DNA of 64,000 nt from an uncultured Pseudomonadota bacterium (lineage in GTDB: Bacteria; Oederibacteriota; Muellerivitia; Muellerivitales; Muellerivitaceae): positions 64,001 to 128,000 of the forward strand of contig CAVYRH010000019.1 in the NCBI GenBank assembly GCA_963770835.1, read 5' to 3'. This document shows, in pieces, positions 1 through 10,410 of the stretch. The translations under genes and the position numbers were made by a program. The notes under the pieces were generated by a model. The model saw only the letters and a program-made list of their open reading frames with translations. It made no database searches and was not told the DNA's origin. The first letter of the stretch is position 1. Each line of letters opens with the position of its first letter.

Positions 1-1980
1 CGTAGGTGTAGGGGTGTTGGTGGGTGTATTAGTTGGGGTATTGGTAATGCAGCCGCCGGACACCGTCAAAGTCACGCTGTTGGAAGTGGTGGCGGTGACA
101 GAATCTGCGGCCATGGTGAAGCTGTTGTAAATGGGTCCGGGACAGGCGACTGTACCCCACCAACTGACGGGAGAAACGAAGGAAAACATGGTTGCCGGAA
201 AGGCTCCTCCTGGAACGTCCCAAACCAAAGGCGAAGTTGAACTGGGAGAAATGGACGAGCTTACATAACTAATACCCGTGGGAACAGTATCAGTAATATT
301 GGCATTCAAAACTGGACCCGGGCTGAAAATTTTTAGGTTTGTAAACCAGTCCGTACCAGCGGTCTCATCCGCGCGCCAACCTTGCACCCAGCCCCCTGAG
401 CAGGTCGGAAGGGGTGCCGAGGAATCGGTATAGGAAAAAGTGATGGCCGCGGCAGGATTTCCCGTCGGCCAAAGTTCGGTGGTAAAAGTGACGCCGCTTG
501 CGCCCTGGGCATATTGCACTTCGGTGCGCACCGTGTACCATTCACCCGCGTTTATTGCCATGGCGTTGTCGTCGGCCGCTCCCGGAATAGCGTTATTGTT
601 TCTTTGGTAAAACAAATAAGCTGGGGCGTTGTTTTGGGAAATGGCCACTTCATAAGTAATTCCTTCGGACCCATTAGCCGCAAGAACCATGTGCGCGTCC
701 CCACCACTATTCGCGCCGAGGGCCGAGGAAGGAATTTCAATATCCCCTTCCACTATGAAATCACCACAGATATTCACTCCTGGGCCGTTACGAAGTAATT
801 CAGGATAGCGCCCGCTTCCCCCCGAGGAATCGAACAAGACCGAACCCGAAATTAAAGGTTGTCCATTCGAATCCGCACTGGCGACCCACGTCCCTGGATC
901 CCCCGCTGCCGGCACAACCGTGTAATTCGTCCCGTCGTAACCCCAGGGCTCCGGACTTCCGGTTGTGGTGGTGCCGCTAACCGCATTGTCATAAGAATCG
1001 TAAAATTCCAGGTTCTGGCCGTTAGCGGTCCAATTCAAGCCATAAGTAACAACGGCACCGGCAGCCAAGGAGGGGACGTTCTGGGTTTTGGTCAGGGCCA
1101 ATTGAGGCGCTTGAACCGTCAAGTTTGCCGTATTGGACGAACTGGAACCACAGTTAGCGCTGTTCAACGTGGCGACATTGGAAAAAACAGTCCCATTGGC
1201 CGTGTTGGAGGGGACGCTGAGGATGGCCCAAAGGGCGCTGATTTTGGGCGCGGAGATATTACCTAAGTTCCAACTCACGCTGTTGGAACCGCTGTTGTAG
1301 ACCGCATTCGGGCCGGCGGACACATAGGTGACACCGGTAGGGAGGGAATAAACAACATTGCTACTGCCAGAGTTGACAAAATTGTAATCCACGTCAAACA
1401 GGAAAAGCCCACCAGGAGCTGTCGTTACTCCTTCCGTCATAACGGTGACCGAACAACTTGGCGGCGGAAGAAGAATGGAAATCGGGGCGGAACTTTGAGC
1501 TTCCATGTTGGCCAAATCGCCGCACTGGGCATCGCATCCGCTGACCCCAACGATGTAATTGTAAGTTGTACCCGGAGTAAGGGACGCGGAAGCTGTAACC
1601 GCAAACACCGCCGTGGCCGGTCCCGTCCCACCAGGGTTGAGAGGGCCCCAACCGTTTCCCGAGGGAGGATTGGCTGTGTTTCCAGTCCCGTCTACTCCAG
1701 TATAAAGGTTAAAAACTTGATTGGGAGTGCCACAGGCTTGGAAAGTAGTTTGGCTTAAATTAAAGCCTCCAAGGAAATAGGTTTGGTTCCATCCAGCCGC
1801 CTGTTGGTAAACAACCGTGACGTTGAAGGAATTACCAAGCGCCACCGAACTGGCTGAAAGAGTGACGCTACTAATGGTAAGACCGCTACCACAGGCATGA
1901 ACTTGACCCACTGAACAGAGGTACATGGCAAATATCAAAGCTAAAAAAAGGTTAAATTTTTTCCGTATTTTTTTTGGCAT
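1..1980 (-). CDS. Exported surface protein, partial (runs off the left edge): signal peptide, DUF11-like Ig domains, probable ConA/LamG-like insert, start of a Thr-rich stalk
   Basis: Absent from the ORF track because it has no stop in the window. Hand translation from ATG at 1980 gives MPKKIRKKFNLFLALIFAMYLCSVGQVHAC..., then DUF11-like segments (LPTGVTYVSAGPNAVYNSGSNSVSWNLG; ITDTVPTGISYVSSS), and reaches ...[20 protein letters not shown] at position 1. Confidence 0.85.
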   Translation of the reverse strand, partial: MPKKIRKKFNLFLALIFAMYLCSVGQVHACGSGLTISSVTLSASSVALGNSFNVTVVYQQAAGWNQTYFLGGFNLSQTTFQACGTPNQVFNLYTGVDGTGNTANPPSGNGWGPLNPGGTGPATAVFAVTASASLTPGTTYNYIVGVSGCDAQCGDLANMEAQSSAPISILLPPPSCSVTVMTEGVTTAPGGLFLFDVDYNFVNSGSSNVVYSLPTGVTYVSAGPNAVYNSGSNSVSWNLGNISAPKISALWAILSVPSNTANGTVFSNVATLNSANCGSSSSNTANLTVQAPQLALTKTQNVPSLAAGAVVTYGLNWTANGQNLEFYDSYDNAVSGTTTTGSPEPWGYDGTNYTVVPAAGDPGTWVASADSNGQPLISGSVLFDSSGGSGRYPELLRNGPGVNICGDFIVEGDIEIPSSALGANSGGDAHMVLAANGSEGITYEVAISQNNAPAYLFYQRNNNAIPGAADDNAMAINAGEWYTVRTEVQYAQGASGVTFTTELWPTGNPAAAITFSYTDSSAPLPTCSGGWVQGWRADETAGTDWFTNLKIFSPGPVLNANITDTVPTGISYVSSSISPSSTSPLVWDVPGGAFPATMFSFVSPVSWWGTVACPGPIYNSFTMAADSVTATTSNSVTLTVSGGCITNTPTNTPTNTPTPT

Positions 1981-2149
1981 GATTTCCAAAATTCTTTGAA
2001 ACGTTTTTCGAAAAATCCAACTGACAGTGGTGGCTTTACTTTTCTTTTACACATCAAAAATATCGCATTTTCACTGAAATTTCACTTGAAACTTGAGAAA
2101 TCCACTTTGCGGGAGTACCGGAGAGCGCTTTCATCGCCTTTTGGCCCTG

Positions 2150-3685
2150 TTAACGGACTAACAAGATTTTTTTCGACTTAACGCTGTAAGGTTCTATGAG
2201 GTAGAAAATGTAAACCCCGCTGGCGCAAGGGTCCCCGTACTTGTTCTTTCCGTCCCAGCTGTACCACTGGCTGACGGGAGCCGTCAATTGCTGGTCATCC
2301 AAGGTCTTGATGTTCTCCCCCGCCGAATTGTAGATCCGCAGGCCGTACTCCCCCGGATAACTGGTGTAATTCACGAAAATCGAAACCGGCGGTCCGGAGG
2401 GTTTCAGGATATTTTGAGTGACATTAAAAATATCCGCGGTGTAGGGGGTAGCGGTGGGGGTGAAAGTCGGTGTCCAAGTGCAAGTATTGCCCGGAAAACC
2501 ACAAGGGGTAAGAGTGAAAGTGGGAGTGGCCGTGTTCGTTGTCGTCAAGGTGGGCGTAAAGGTCGGAGTCACGGTTGGGGTAAAGGTGGCCGTTCGGGTG
2601 GGCGTCAGGGTGGCCGTAAAAGTGGTGGTAAAAGTAGCCGTTAAGGTGGGACTAGAGGTTTGAGTGAGGGTTGGTGTAATGGTCGGGGACGCAGTGGGAG
2701 TAAATGAAGGTGTAAACGTAGCCGTATTGGTGGGTGTATCCGTCGGGGTGCAGGTATTGCCGGTGCAAGGGGGAGGAGTTGCGGTAGGAGTCGAAGTAGC
2801 CGTGGGAGTAACCAAAAGGGCTATCTCGCTCAAACCGTAATAGGCGGTGAAGCTGATGCTTTGGCCCGGGTTCAACACAATATTACCGTTCGAGTTGTCG
2901 CCGGTTCCTGTCCACCAATAAACTACCGCGCTGTCGGTGATGGAGGCCCCCAAGGAGCCGGTGGACCATTGGCCGACTCCGGAGACATTCTGCCAATAAG
3001 CTATTTCGAAAGCATCGGGCTTGCTGGCGGGAATTCCATAGCCGTTATTGTAAAGGGCCCCATAACCCGTCAAGTTGGGGGTGCCCGGTGGGGGAACGTC
3101 ATAATCCCACCATTGGGGCGGCAAATTACCCGCGTTTCGGGTGTAAAGAGTATCCACCGGAACCGTGGAAGCCCCATTGGTGATGGAAATATTCGCGCCA
3201 TCGTTTCCGTTGACCAATGTATCGATTTCCACCCTCAACCCCAGCGTAACGGGGGAAGTTCCCGTGTTGTTGTAAGTGAACGTCATCATGGCGGTGTCGG
3301 GCTGAAGTCCAGTCTCGGGGTTGTTGACGATCTGATATTGGGCCGTCAGCAGAACGCCGTTGGCAATGGATTTGGTGATCTGCAGGTAGGCGCCCAACCC
3401 GCTTCCCACGGCCACAAGGGGGGATGTGGTTGTGGCGTTCGAGTAATCGTAAGCCACGCCGTTCACCATGGCAACGATGGTGCTGGTGCAACCGGGTCCG
3501 GGGTAACAATACATGAGCGCGGCATTGGGAAGGGAGTAAGTGGGGGAGGTCCCGATTCCCATGATACCGGAGTTAGGATCGGCATAGATTGAAAGGTAGT
3601 TACTGCTGACGCTGAGTTGAGCCCAAAGCGGAACAGCGCTCAAAAAGAAAAGGGCTCCGAACGATATCTTCAAATACAATTTCAT
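2150..3685 (-). CDS. Exported protein: unknown head domain + Thr/Pro stalk + FlgD-Ig/T9SS-CTD-like C-terminal domain
   Basis: Signal peptide ending PLWA; TPT-rich tract; tail IYNSAGENIKTL...[18 protein letters not shown]...KKILLVR. Confidence 0.85.
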   Translation of the reverse strand: MKLYLKISFGALFFLSAVPLWAQLSVSSNYLSIYADPNSGIMGIGTSPTYSLPNAALMYCYPGPGCTSTIVAMVNGVAYDYSNATTTSPLVAVGSGLGAYLQITKSIANGVLLTAQYQIVNNPETGLQPDTAMMTFTYNNTGTSPVTLGLRVEIDTLVNGNDGANISITNGASTVPVDTLYTRNAGNLPPQWWDYDVPPPGTPNLTGYGALYNNGYGIPASKPDAFEIAYWQNVSGVGQWSTGSLGASITDSAVVYWWTGTGDNSNGNIVLNPGQSISFTAYYGLSEIALLVTPTATSTPTATPPPCTGNTCTPTDTPTNTATFTPSFTPTASPTITPTLTQTSSPTLTATFTTTFTATLTPTRTATFTPTVTPTFTPTLTTTNTATPTFTLTPCGFPGNTCTWTPTFTPTATPYTADIFNVTQNILKPSGPPVSIFVNYTSYPGEYGLRIYNSAGENIKTLDDQQLTAPVSQWYSWDGKNKYGDPCASGVYIFYLIEPYSVKSKKILLVR

Positions 3686-3930
3686 AAATTCCCCAAAAAT
3701 ATGGTGGATAAGAATGTTGGCCGCTTTTGGAATGCCGAGCGTGACCTGGAATAAAGGGTCCGTCCAAAAAAACGCCCTGTCGGAGCCAAATTATACCCCA
3801 CTTCCCGACTTTCCGACCCGCGGTAGCAATTCCTTCATTTTTTACTAACTTCTCAGAAACGAACTAATGAATTTTTATGCTCCCCGCAGAGCGAAAAGAT
3901 TCCGGGCCCCACGAATGGTTTCCTGACACT

Positions 3931-5256
3931 TCATCTAATTAAAATAATTTTTTTCTCTTTATGGCTGTAAGGTTCTATCAATTCAAAAATATAAATACCG
4001 CTGGCGCAAGTGTCCCCGTATTTGTTCTTCCCATCCCAGCTGTACCACTGGCTGACAGGAGCCGTCAATTGCTGGGAGTCCAGGGTTTTGACGTGTTCCC
4101 CCGCCGTGTTGTAGATCCAAAGATCATATTCGCCGGGATACTTGGTGTAATTCACGAAAATGGAAACCGGGTCCGAGGGCCGGAAGATGTTTTTAGTGAC
4201 TTCAAAAATATCCGCGTTATAGGGCGTGGCGGTGGGGGTGAACGTCGGGGTCCAGGTGCAAGTATTGCCCGGAAAACCACAAGGGGTATCGGTGGCAGTG
4301 GGGGTGGGGGTATTGGTGATGGTGAATGTTGGCGTGAAAGTCGGCGTTAGGGTGGCCGTAAAGGTAGGCGTGAAGGTGGGGGTGATCGTCGCCGTATTGG
4401 TTAAGGTTTTAGTGGGCGTGAAAGTAGGGGTCAGGGTGGGAGTGGACGTGGGGCCGCTGGAAAAGCTGCCGGCCTGGATGAAAACATTGGAATCCAATTG
4501 GCAATCCCCCACATCGCAAATGCCAAGTTTAATGTGATTGGTCACGCCGGGGTTGACAGGTACGTTAACGGTTAATACGGTGGTCAATCCGGTCATGGTG
4601 GTATTTAAATTCGCCGAGGGGAGAGTGAGGGTACAAGCCCCTGCCAAAGTCGTAGGTTCGGTATTGTTGTTGATGTAATAGGAGGAATTGAGACAGGCAT
4701 TGACGTTATTGATTTCGACCGTAGTGGAAGTGCCCGGAAGCACGGCCGCATTGACCCCGTTAACGAAAAAACCGAAGACATCGTTAAAATTCGACCCCAC
4801 GTATTGGTTGTACTCGGAGGAGGCGAAAACGTACTGGAACGTAATGTTATTGAAGTTCGGGACGAAATCAAAGGAGAGAAGGGTTGCGTCATAGGTGTCG
4901 GTGACGGGGACTCCAGCCAGGTTGGCCAAGTCCTGGTCGCCCGGTGTGTTATTGCAGTTATTCGTCCCACTGCCGCTGGGGCCCACCACGCTGGCTGCCG
5001 AACCGTTGCTGAGGATGATTCCGGAGTCAAAACCAACAGTGCCATTCCCTCCCGTGAAGGTTCCTGAAGACTGAGCTGTTCCCGTATAAGTAACGTTGCT
5101 AAAGGAAAGCCCGGTCCCCATAAGGTTTTGGACGAGGGCGGAAGGGCCTGAAAGATTAACCAGGGGGGTGACATTAAGGCTCTGGGCGTGGATCAAACCG
5201 CTAGAAGCGGTTAGAAACACGGTTGTCAAAAAACAAATTGAAAAACGTCGACTCAT
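3931..5256 (-). CDS. Exported protein: choice-of-anchor L-like head + Thr/Pro stalk + FlgD-Ig/T9SS-CTD-like domain
   Basis: Motif FDFVP...[26 protein letters not shown] resembles choice-of-anchor L. The C-terminal ~120 aa are highly similar to those of 2150..3685. Confidence 0.8.
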   Translation of the reverse strand: MSRRFSICFLTTVFLTASSGLIHAQSLNVTPLVNLSGPSALVQNLMGTGLSFSNVTYTGTAQSSGTFTGGNGTVGFDSGIILSNGSAASVVGPSGSGTNNCNNTPGDQDLANLAGVPVTDTYDATLLSFDFVPNFNNITFQYVFASSEYNQYVGSNFNDVFGFFVNGVNAAVLPGTSTTVEINNVNACLNSSYYINNNTEPTTLAGACTLTLPSANLNTTMTGLTTVLTVNVPVNPGVTNHIKLGICDVGDCQLDSNVFIQAGSFSSGPTSTPTLTPTFTPTKTLTNTATITPTFTPTFTATLTPTFTPTFTITNTPTPTATDTPCGFPGNTCTWTPTFTPTATPYNADIFEVTKNIFRPSDPVSIFVNYTKYPGEYDLWIYNTAGEHVKTLDSQQLTAPVSQWYSWDGKNKYGDTCASGIYIFELIEPYSHKEKKIILIR

Positions 5257-5436
5257 TTTTTCCCTTCAATCCAAGAAAGCCGTACCTAAGATAAGAAGTT
5301 GATTTTTCCAAAAACTTTTTTATGTACAGATTTATTAAATTTTACCCTTTTTAGCTTTTTTTCACCGCACCCCCCGGATAAAAGCAGTGTTTCACTTTTA
5401 AACAAGGGTTTTTCAGGATATTTAACCTCGATAATC

Positions 5437-5472
5437 AAAAAAAAAGCCCCACTTCTTTCGAAGCGGGGCTTT
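5437..5472 (-). terminator. Rho-independent terminator downstream of glnA
   Basis: Hairpin AAAGCCCC-ACTTCTTTCGAAGC-GGGGCTTT followed by a T run on the minus strand. Confidence 0.8.
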
Positions 5473-5495
5473 GGAAACATCCGATATCCGGGATA

Positions 5496-6911
5496 TCAGA
5501 TATCGTGGTACAGCACGAACTCGTAAGGATGCGGCCGCAGGCGGATAGCGTCAATCTCTTTGCTCCGCTTGTAGCTGATCCATTCGTTAATCAGGTCCTC
5601 CGTGAAGACCCCGCCTTTCAAGAGGAACTCGTGATCGTCTTCCAGGGCCTCCAAGGCCTCGTTCAACGACCCGGGAACGCTCTTGATCTTCTTGAGTTCG
5701 CGCCCTTCCAGCTCATAGAGGTTCATGTCATGCGGCTTGCCTGGATCGATCTTGTTCTCGATACCGTCCAAACCCGCCATCAACATGGCCGGAAAAGCCA
5801 GGTAAGGATTGCAGGACGGGTCCGGCGTGCGGAACTCAACCCGTTTGGCCTTCGGGCTCTTGGAATAAAGCGGGATGCGGCAGGCCGCAGACCGGTTGCG
5901 TTGGCTGTAGACCAGGTTGACCGGCGCCTCAAAGCCCGGGGTCAGGCGCTTGTAGCTGTTGACCGTGGGACAGATGAAGGCACAGAGGGCGGGGGCGTGC
6001 TTTAGGAGCCCCCCGATATAGTGCAGGGCCGTCTGGGAAAGTCCGCCGTAACCCTTCTCGTCGTACATGGCGTTGGTGCTGCCCTTCCAGATGGACTGGT
6101 GGACGTGCATGCCGCTTCCGTTATCCCCGAAGAGGGGCTTCGGCATGAAGGTGGCCACCATGTTGTGGCGGCGGGCCACGTTCTTCACGATGTATTTGTA
6201 CTTCATGAGCTTGTCCGCCATGTTCACCATGGTGTCGAACACCATGTCGATTTCGGCCTGGCCGCCCGTGGCCACTTCATGGTGGTGGGTCTCAATGGAA
6301 ATCCCCACTTCCTGCATGAGGGTGGTCATTTCGGAACGGATGTCCATCTGGCTGTCCGTGGGCGGCACCGGGAAGTAGCCTTCTTTATTACGTACCTTGT
6401 AGGCCAGGTTCGGATACTCGTCACGGCCTGTGTTCCACAAGCCCTCGGTGGAATCCACGGAGTAGTAGCCGCTGTTCATGGTTTGGTCGAACTTCATGTC
6501 ATTGAAGATGAAGAACTCGGCCTCAGGGCCCCAATAGGAGACATCCGCGATGCCGGTAGATTTCAGGTATTTTTCGGCCTTTTGGGCCACATAACGGGGG
6601 TCGCGGGAATAGGATTCGCGGGTGACCGGATCGATCGCATTGCAGGCCATCACCAGGGTTGTTTCGGCGAAGAAGGGGTCAATAAAGGCGCTGTTGGGGT
6701 CGGGAATCAACAACATATCGGATTCGTTAATGGCCTGGAACCCGCGGATGGAAGAGCCGTCAAAACCCTTCCCATCCTTAAATACGTCCTCATCGAAAAA
6801 CTTCACTGGAGAGGTCGTATGCTGCCAGATACCCGGCATATCGATGAATCTGAAATCTACGTATTTCACGTCTTTTTGTTTGATTAAATCCATCACTTCT
6901 TTCGCCGTCAT
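5496..6911 (-). CDS. glnA: Glutamine synthetase type I (GSI-beta)
   Basis: [26 protein letters not shown] and NLY adenylylation motifs. Start moved to ATG 6911, which has an AGGAGG RBS upstream. Confidence 0.97.
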   Translation of the reverse strand: MTAKEVMDLIKQKDVKYVDFRFIDMPGIWQHTTSPVKFFDEDVFKDGKGFDGSSIRGFQAINESDMLLIPDPNSAFIDPFFAETTLVMACNAIDPVTRESYSRDPRYVAQKAEKYLKSTGIADVSYWGPEAEFFIFNDMKFDQTMNSGYYSVDSTEGLWNTGRDEYPNLAYKVRNKEGYFPVPPTDSQMDIRSEMTTLMQEVGISIETHHHEVATGGQAEIDMVFDTMVNMADKLMKYKYIVKNVARRHNMVATFMPKPLFGDNGSGMHVHQSIWKGSTNAMYDEKGYGGLSQTALHYIGGLLKHAPALCAFICPTVNSYKRLTPGFEAPVNLVYSQRNRSAACRIPLYSKSPKAKRVEFRTPDPSCNPYLAFPAMLMAGLDGIENKIDPGKPHDMNLYELEGRELKKIKSVPGSLNEALEALEDDHEFLLKGGVFTEDLINEWISYKRSKEIDAIRLRPHPYEFVLYHDI

Positions 6912-7171
6912 TCCTGCCCTCCTGATTCGATTTTTCCCAACCATGCGGCTCGTTGAACAACTTTTTTGCGGTTTTCTTCCGCTTTTTTCCCCTCATGGAA
7001 CCAAAAACCGCCCATTGGAAAGCCCTTTTTATCGCATCCACTACGCTTCTTCCAAGTAAAGCCTTGTTCCAGGGAATGCGGTCGAAAAGAAACAGCTTTA
7101 AACCCTTTGAAAAACCGGATCAGTATAATAGTCGCAAAGCCAAGAACAAGGTGGAAACTCATAGAGATAAA

Positions 7172-7186
7172 GCAAAACCCCTGCCA
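7172..7186 (-). promoter_or_regulatory. Sigma54 (-24/-12) promoter for glnA
   Basis: Minus strand reads TGGCAGGGGTTTTGC, matching TGGCACG-N4-TTGC with exact GG-N10-GC spacing, next to a sigma54 activator gene. Confidence 0.8.
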
Positions 7187-7315
7187 AAAAGGGAAAAAGG
7201 TGATCCATTTTCATTTCAAACCATTTTTTGAAATAATTTTGGGAGATTTAAACGTGTTTCGAAAGTGGATAACTTTTAGGTCGATATGAGGAAGAGGAAG
7301 GTCTTAACAAAAAAC

Positions 7316-8890
7316 TTACAAAAAGGTAGGCTTGTACCCAATTTTGTATTTTTTCAATTTATATCCCAACTGGCGGGGGGTGATCCCTAAAAGTTTGCAG
7401 GCCTTGGCTTGAACGCCGCCACAGCGTTCCATCGCCTCCATGACTTTCATTTTTTCCATTTCCGACAAGGTCGAACCCGAAACCGTTTGTGAGAAAGCCG
7501 ATCCCTCCGTCTCGAGGGGGGGCGAAACATGGCCCGGAAGGCCCAAGGGAAGCGGAACATCCTCCAAGGTGAGCAAGTTCCCCTTGGACATGACGGCCAT
7601 CCGCTCCACCGTGTTTTCCAATTCCCGCACGTTGCCGGGCCAGTGATAGCCCATCAACCGGGTTACGACATCGGGGTCCATCTTCAAGTGGGTTTTATTT
7701 TCGCTGTTGTATTTGTCGAGGAAGTGGTTCAAGAGAAGAGGCACGTCTTCCCGGCGGTCCCGGAGGGAAGGCAGGAAAACGGGCACCACATTGAGGCGGT
7801 AATAAAGGTCTTCCCGGAATTTCCCCTCGGCAATGGCTTTTTCGAGGTTGCGGTTGGTGGCCGCGATGATGCGCACATCCACGGAAAGGGTCTTGGTGCC
7901 CCCAACCCGCTCGAATTTTTTTTCCTGGAGCACCCGCAAGAGCTTTACCTGGGTAGCCGGGGAAACGTCGCCGATCTCGTCGAGGAAAAGGGTGCCGCCG
8001 TCGGCCAATTCAAAGCGGCCCTTGACCATCTCCGAGGCGCCCGTGTAGCTCCCTTTCTCGTGGCCGAAAAGCTCGCTCTCCAAGAGGGTCTCCGGGAGGG
8101 CCGCGCAGGAGATCTTAATGAAAGGTTTCTCCGCCCGTGGACTGTTGTAATGGACGGCCCGGGCGATCAACTCCTTCCCGGTTCCCGATTCTCCGCGAAT
8201 CATGACCGTGGTCCGGCTGGTGGCCACCCTTTGCACCGATTTGTAGACCTCAACCATGGATTTGGAACTGCCCACCACGTTGTCTAGCTTATACTTCCCT
8301 TTGAGTTCGCTTTGAAGCTCCCGGTTCTCCTCCAGCAGGTCTTCTTTTTCCTTTTCGATCATCTGGTGAAGCTTCAGGTTTTGGCCGATCAGGGAGGCCA
8401 CCACACTGAGGAGGCGGACGTCCTCCTCAAAGGAAATATCCGAGTCCTTGAAAAGCCGGTCCACGGACAGCACGCCGAGGGTTTCGCCCTTCAATTTGAT
8501 CGGCACGCAGATGAACGAGATGTTCTGGCGCCGGACGTCACCCCGGGACTTGGTCCGGTTCAAGAAGAGGGGTTCCTTTCCGATGTCGGGGATGATCATC
8601 GATTCGCCCTTCTCCACGACCTTCCCCGTGATACCCTCCCCAATCTTGTACTTGCCGCGGGCGATCTCCTCCTTGGTTAAGCCATGGGCAGCTTCAATAC
8701 TTAACTGCCCGGTCTTTTCATCCAAGATGGTGACCGTTCCCCGGTTCATGTCCAGCTCCTTGGAAAGGATCTCCAGGACCTGGTTCAGCACCGATTTGAA
8801 CTCAAGGATGGAAGCCATGGAATGGCTGATCTCGTAGAGAGCTGTCAGCTCTTGGATCTTGCGCGCGAATCGTTTTGGATTTTCCGGCAT
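7316..8890 (-). CDS. NifA-like sigma54-dependent activator (GAF-AAA+-Fis HTH)
   Basis: N-terminal GAF, Walker A GESGTGKE, ELFGHEKGSYTGA, FLDEIG, WPGNVREL and a C-terminal HTH. Start ATG 8890 has GAGG upstream. Confidence 0.93.
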   Translation of the reverse strand: MPENPKRFARKIQELTALYEISHSMASILEFKSVLNQVLEILSKELDMNRGTVTILDEKTGQLSIEAAHGLTKEEIARGKYKIGEGITGKVVEKGESMIIPDIGKEPLFLNRTKSRGDVRRQNISFICVPIKLKGETLGVLSVDRLFKDSDISFEEDVRLLSVVASLIGQNLKLHQMIEKEKEDLLEENRELQSELKGKYKLDNVVGSSKSMVEVYKSVQRVATSRTTVMIRGESGTGKELIARAVHYNSPRAEKPFIKISCAALPETLLESELFGHEKGSYTGASEMVKGRFELADGGTLFLDEIGDVSPATQVKLLRVLQEKKFERVGGTKTLSVDVRIIAATNRNLEKAIAEGKFREDLYYRLNVVPVFLPSLRDRREDVPLLLNHFLDKYNSENKTHLKMDPDVVTRLMGYHWPGNVRELENTVERMAVMSKGNLLTLEDVPLPLGLPGHVSPPLETEGSAFSQTVSGSTLSEMEKMKVMEAMERCGGVQAKACKLLGITPRQLGYKLKKYKIGYKPTFL

Positions 8891-9126
8891 GGGGACCTCG
8901 GTCAGGGACTGGGAAAAACACAATTTTGCCAGACACGTCGTTTTTAGCAAATAACTACAATTTCGTCAATGTATAAAATAATTGCCCAAATTCACAAATT
9001 TTTTCCTTCAACACACCTTTATGGTCTTTGGCGTCGAAACAATAAAGGTTTTACCCCTTCTTCATAACGAAGGATTTGGGTTTTTGGTATAACGGGTCCC
9101 AACCATTTAAGCAAAAACGGAATAAA

Positions 9127-10410
9127 ATGAAAATCCGACGAACACTCTTCATCACTTTAACCAGCGGAATGATGATGGTAGGGACTTCCCGGCTACAGGC
9201 CCAGTCCGCCCTCACCTGGGACGACTGCATCAAAGAAGCTGAAATCCATAACTTGGACCTCTTGACCGCCGAACAAACAGTAAAAGCCGATGAGGATTCC
9301 CACTCCGCCAGCCTGGGTCAGTTCTTTCCCCAAGTCAAGTTCGGCGCTTCCATCGGCCGCAGTGGCTACGGCGGCTTGAACGATGCCCTCAATTCTCCCG
9401 CTTACAACCAAAGCTCAAGCCTCTCCTTGGATGCCAGCGAGGACATTTTCTCCTTTGGCGATTTCACCGCCGTGGACCAAACCAATGCTCAATTGGAAAT
9501 AGCCCGGGCCCAACTTCAACAGGCAAAAGCTCAACTTTCCCATGATTTAAAAACCAATTTTTACGGCCTGCTTTATGCCCAAAAACAAATTGATCTTTTG
9601 CAAACCATCCTCGAGCGGCAAAAGGAAAACATGGATTTGGTTGAAATGAATTTTAAGGGTGGCACGGATAATAAAGGGTCCTACCTTCAAGCAGCGGCGG
9701 CTTACCAGGAAGCGGTGTTTGAATTGAATCAGGCCCATCGAGATCTCCGGGTTTCCCAGAAACAATTGGACCAAGTTTTGGGCCGGAACCCCATGGAGGC
9801 CATTGAAGTACAAGGTGATTTCGAAACTATTTCCATTCCGGACAGTCTTCCGGATTTTGTATCTTTGACCCTCCAGACACCCGCCCATCGCCAGTCCCTG
9901 GCCCAGTTTCACCAAGCGGAAGTCCAGTTCGCCTCCACCGAGGGCTCATTCCTCCCCACCCTTCAGGCCAACGCCTCCCTTTCCCAAGGTGGCTTGAACT
10001 TCGCGGAAACCCAGCCCGGATGGTCGGCGGGCCTTTCCCTCAGCTTTCCACTCTTTACCGGCGGTCAACACTTTTTCGCTCTCCAGAGCGCGGGAGAATC
10101 CAAAAATGGATCGGAAGATGCCTTAAAAAGCACGGATTTGAAAACCGAGAGTTCACTTGAAAGTGCTTATGCCTCCTTCGCGGACGCGGTGGAGGAGATA
10201 CAGGTTCTGGATTCCCAATTGACGGCCGCCCAAACCCAGGAAGAAATCGCCAAAGCCGAGTATTTGAACGGCCTCATGATTTTCGTGAACTGGAACCAAA
10301 TCGAGAACCAACTCATTACTCAAGAAAAAGCCGAGCTTTCGGGTTTTTCAAGTTTAGAGACTGCTGAAGCGAATTGGGAATTAACCGAGGGAAAGGGAGT
10401 GATACCATGA
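9127..10410 (+). CDS. TolC-family outer membrane efflux protein
   Basis: Signal peptide, two OEP-like repeats (FFPQV; FLPTL...LSFPLFTGG), first gene of an efflux operon. Confidence 0.88.
   Translation: MKIRRTLFITLTSGMMMVGTSRLQAQSALTWDDCIKEAEIHNLDLLTAEQTVKADEDSHSASLGQFFPQVKFGASIGRSGYGGLNDALNSPAYNQSSSLSLDASEDIFSFGDFTAVDQTNAQLEIARAQLQQAKAQLSHDLKTNFYGLLYAQKQIDLLQTILERQKENMDLVEMNFKGGTDNKGSYLQAAAAYQEAVFELNQAHRDLRVSQKQLDQVLGRNPMEAIEVQGDFETISIPDSLPDFVSLTLQTPAHRQSLAQFHQAEVQFASTEGSFLPTLQANASLSQGGLNFAETQPGWSAGLSLSFPLFTGGQHFFALQSAGESKNGSEDALKSTDLKTESSLESAYASFADAVEEIQVLDSQLTAAQTQEEIAKAEYLNGLMIFVNWNQIENQLITQEKAELSGFSSLETAEANWELTEGKGVIP

Noticed and set aside
2150..4290. Diversity-generating retroelement TR/VR pair
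   Set aside because: Both copies are coding gene ends, the differences are not confined to adenines, and there is no reverse transcriptase in the window.
7316..8890. Calling the activator nifA / inferring nitrogen fixation
   Set aside because: The architecture is NifA-like, but there are no nif genes here and the evident target is glnA.
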